A DNA stretch of 61,686 nt, counting the filler, from Squatina squatina (taxonomy: Eukaryota), in assembly GCA_031763465.1 (NCBI GenBank). It is 4 parts of 3 records of this genome, joined end to end, with 100 filler letters (N's around TTAATTAATTAA, not from the genome) between each part and the next. Parts side by side here need not be neighbours in the genome. Positions count along the whole stretch, not along the records: positions 47,877 to 61,686 come from JARFOE010000004.1; 3 more parts are not named here. One strand, written 5' to 3'. The translations under genes were made by a program, and so were the position numbers. The first letter of the stretch is position 1. Every line of letters starts with the position of its first letter. Under the pieces are notes generated by a model. That model had not been told where the DNA came from, did not search any database, and saw only the letters and a program-made list of their open reading frames with translations. Below are positions 60,708 through 61,686 of this stretch, piece by piece.

Positions 60708-61686
60708 TAAGATTCATTTGCTATGTCAAAAATCTGCAGCTAAAACAAAAGATTATCTTCCCAACTGTGGCTGTTTCTGTGCTGAGCTGGGTGACTCATT
60801 ATACTGATTTTCTGCTGTGTTGGTCACTGGCTTTTGTTGTTTTACATTTTCTCCGCTGCTTCTGATCTACGGTGACTTACAACTTTGCGCGAACTTCGCG
60901 ATNNNNNNNNNNNNNNNNNNNNNNNNNNNNNNNNNNNNNNNNNNNNNNNNNNNNNNNNNNNNNNNNNNNNNNNNNNNNNNNNNNNNNNNNNNNNNNNNNN
61001 NNACTGGTGTTCAAAACAGAACAAAGCCTCCTGCTCTGTCACTTTACCCGATATGCTGTTAAATTCTAGCATGGAGTATGTGAATGCAAAGAAAATAATT
61101 GATTTAAAAAGGAGTTAAAAACTCCATCACAGAGATCATTGCCATTCACAACAGATTAGTGCCCTTCTTAAAATTAAAATAAATTCTGTTTGTTTCAATG
61201 TACCAGACAACATTAGAATAGTTACGTTTCTGAAATGTTGTTTCATTTTAAGCAAATGCACTTATTAAAATTTAAAATATGAATTATCTGGAAGACCATC
61301 TGTCATTCAGGGACGCTAAATAAATTACTGCAGAATCTAATCCAGTGGACCTAAACTGCATTTCCTTTAATCCTTCTCTTTGAAAGGGTCAACTGATTAT
61401 TTTATAAAAATGAAAGCCAAGCATGAAGGGGTTTTTCTCCCTGACAGGTGTGAGGTTAAATCCGTGAGAAGTTTGTCGGATCAATACTACAAGAATTAAC
61501 TGGAATATATAACGTTGAGACCTAAGCTTAATGACAGTAGGGCTTTATAAAATGGGGAAGTAGGAACATGAAATTTTTAAGGCTAGAAATTCAGCTCCTG
61601 TTGCAGCCTGTTAGTGCCTCCAAGGGGCGCTAACGGGGCGAGTCAGGATAAAATGGCGCCAGGAGGCGGCTATCTCGCCTCCCGAG

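Overview
Vertebrate genomic DNA, most likely a cartilaginous fish (inferred from DeuSINE/SacSINE-like SINEs, CR1/L2/Penelope fragments, Harbinger relics and a shark-type palindromic element). It comes from a very fragmented assembly. Four separate scaffolds are joined by an artificial N44-TTAATTAATTAA-N44 linker (17924, 33193, 47821), and each scaffold is made of 1-3 kb contigs separated mostly by 100-N gaps. Scaffold 1 (1-17879): one CCT8 exon and coding exons 1-3 of SYNPO2 (PDZ domain), all + strand and none shown in the ORF track. Scaffold 2 (17980-33148): seven exons of ADGRB3/BAI3 (+) in protein order. Scaffold 3 (33249-47776): a XIRP2/LIMA1-family exon (-) with a broken reading frame, plus Harbinger Myb/SANT relics. 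Scaffold 4 (47877-61686): three RNGTT exons including the catalytic KxDG motif, and the last two exons of a GABA-A rho subunit (GABRR1-like), all - strand. I found no convincing new multi-gene system. The most interesting items are the frame-disrupted XIRP/LIMA1-type exon, a ~380-bp-arm inverted duplication, the CCT8-SYNPO2 linkage, a polyglycine insertion in ADGRB3, a few orphan exon-like segments and K50-homeodomain motif clusters around the rho gene. Gene identities come from my recall of orthologous protein sequences, not from a database search.
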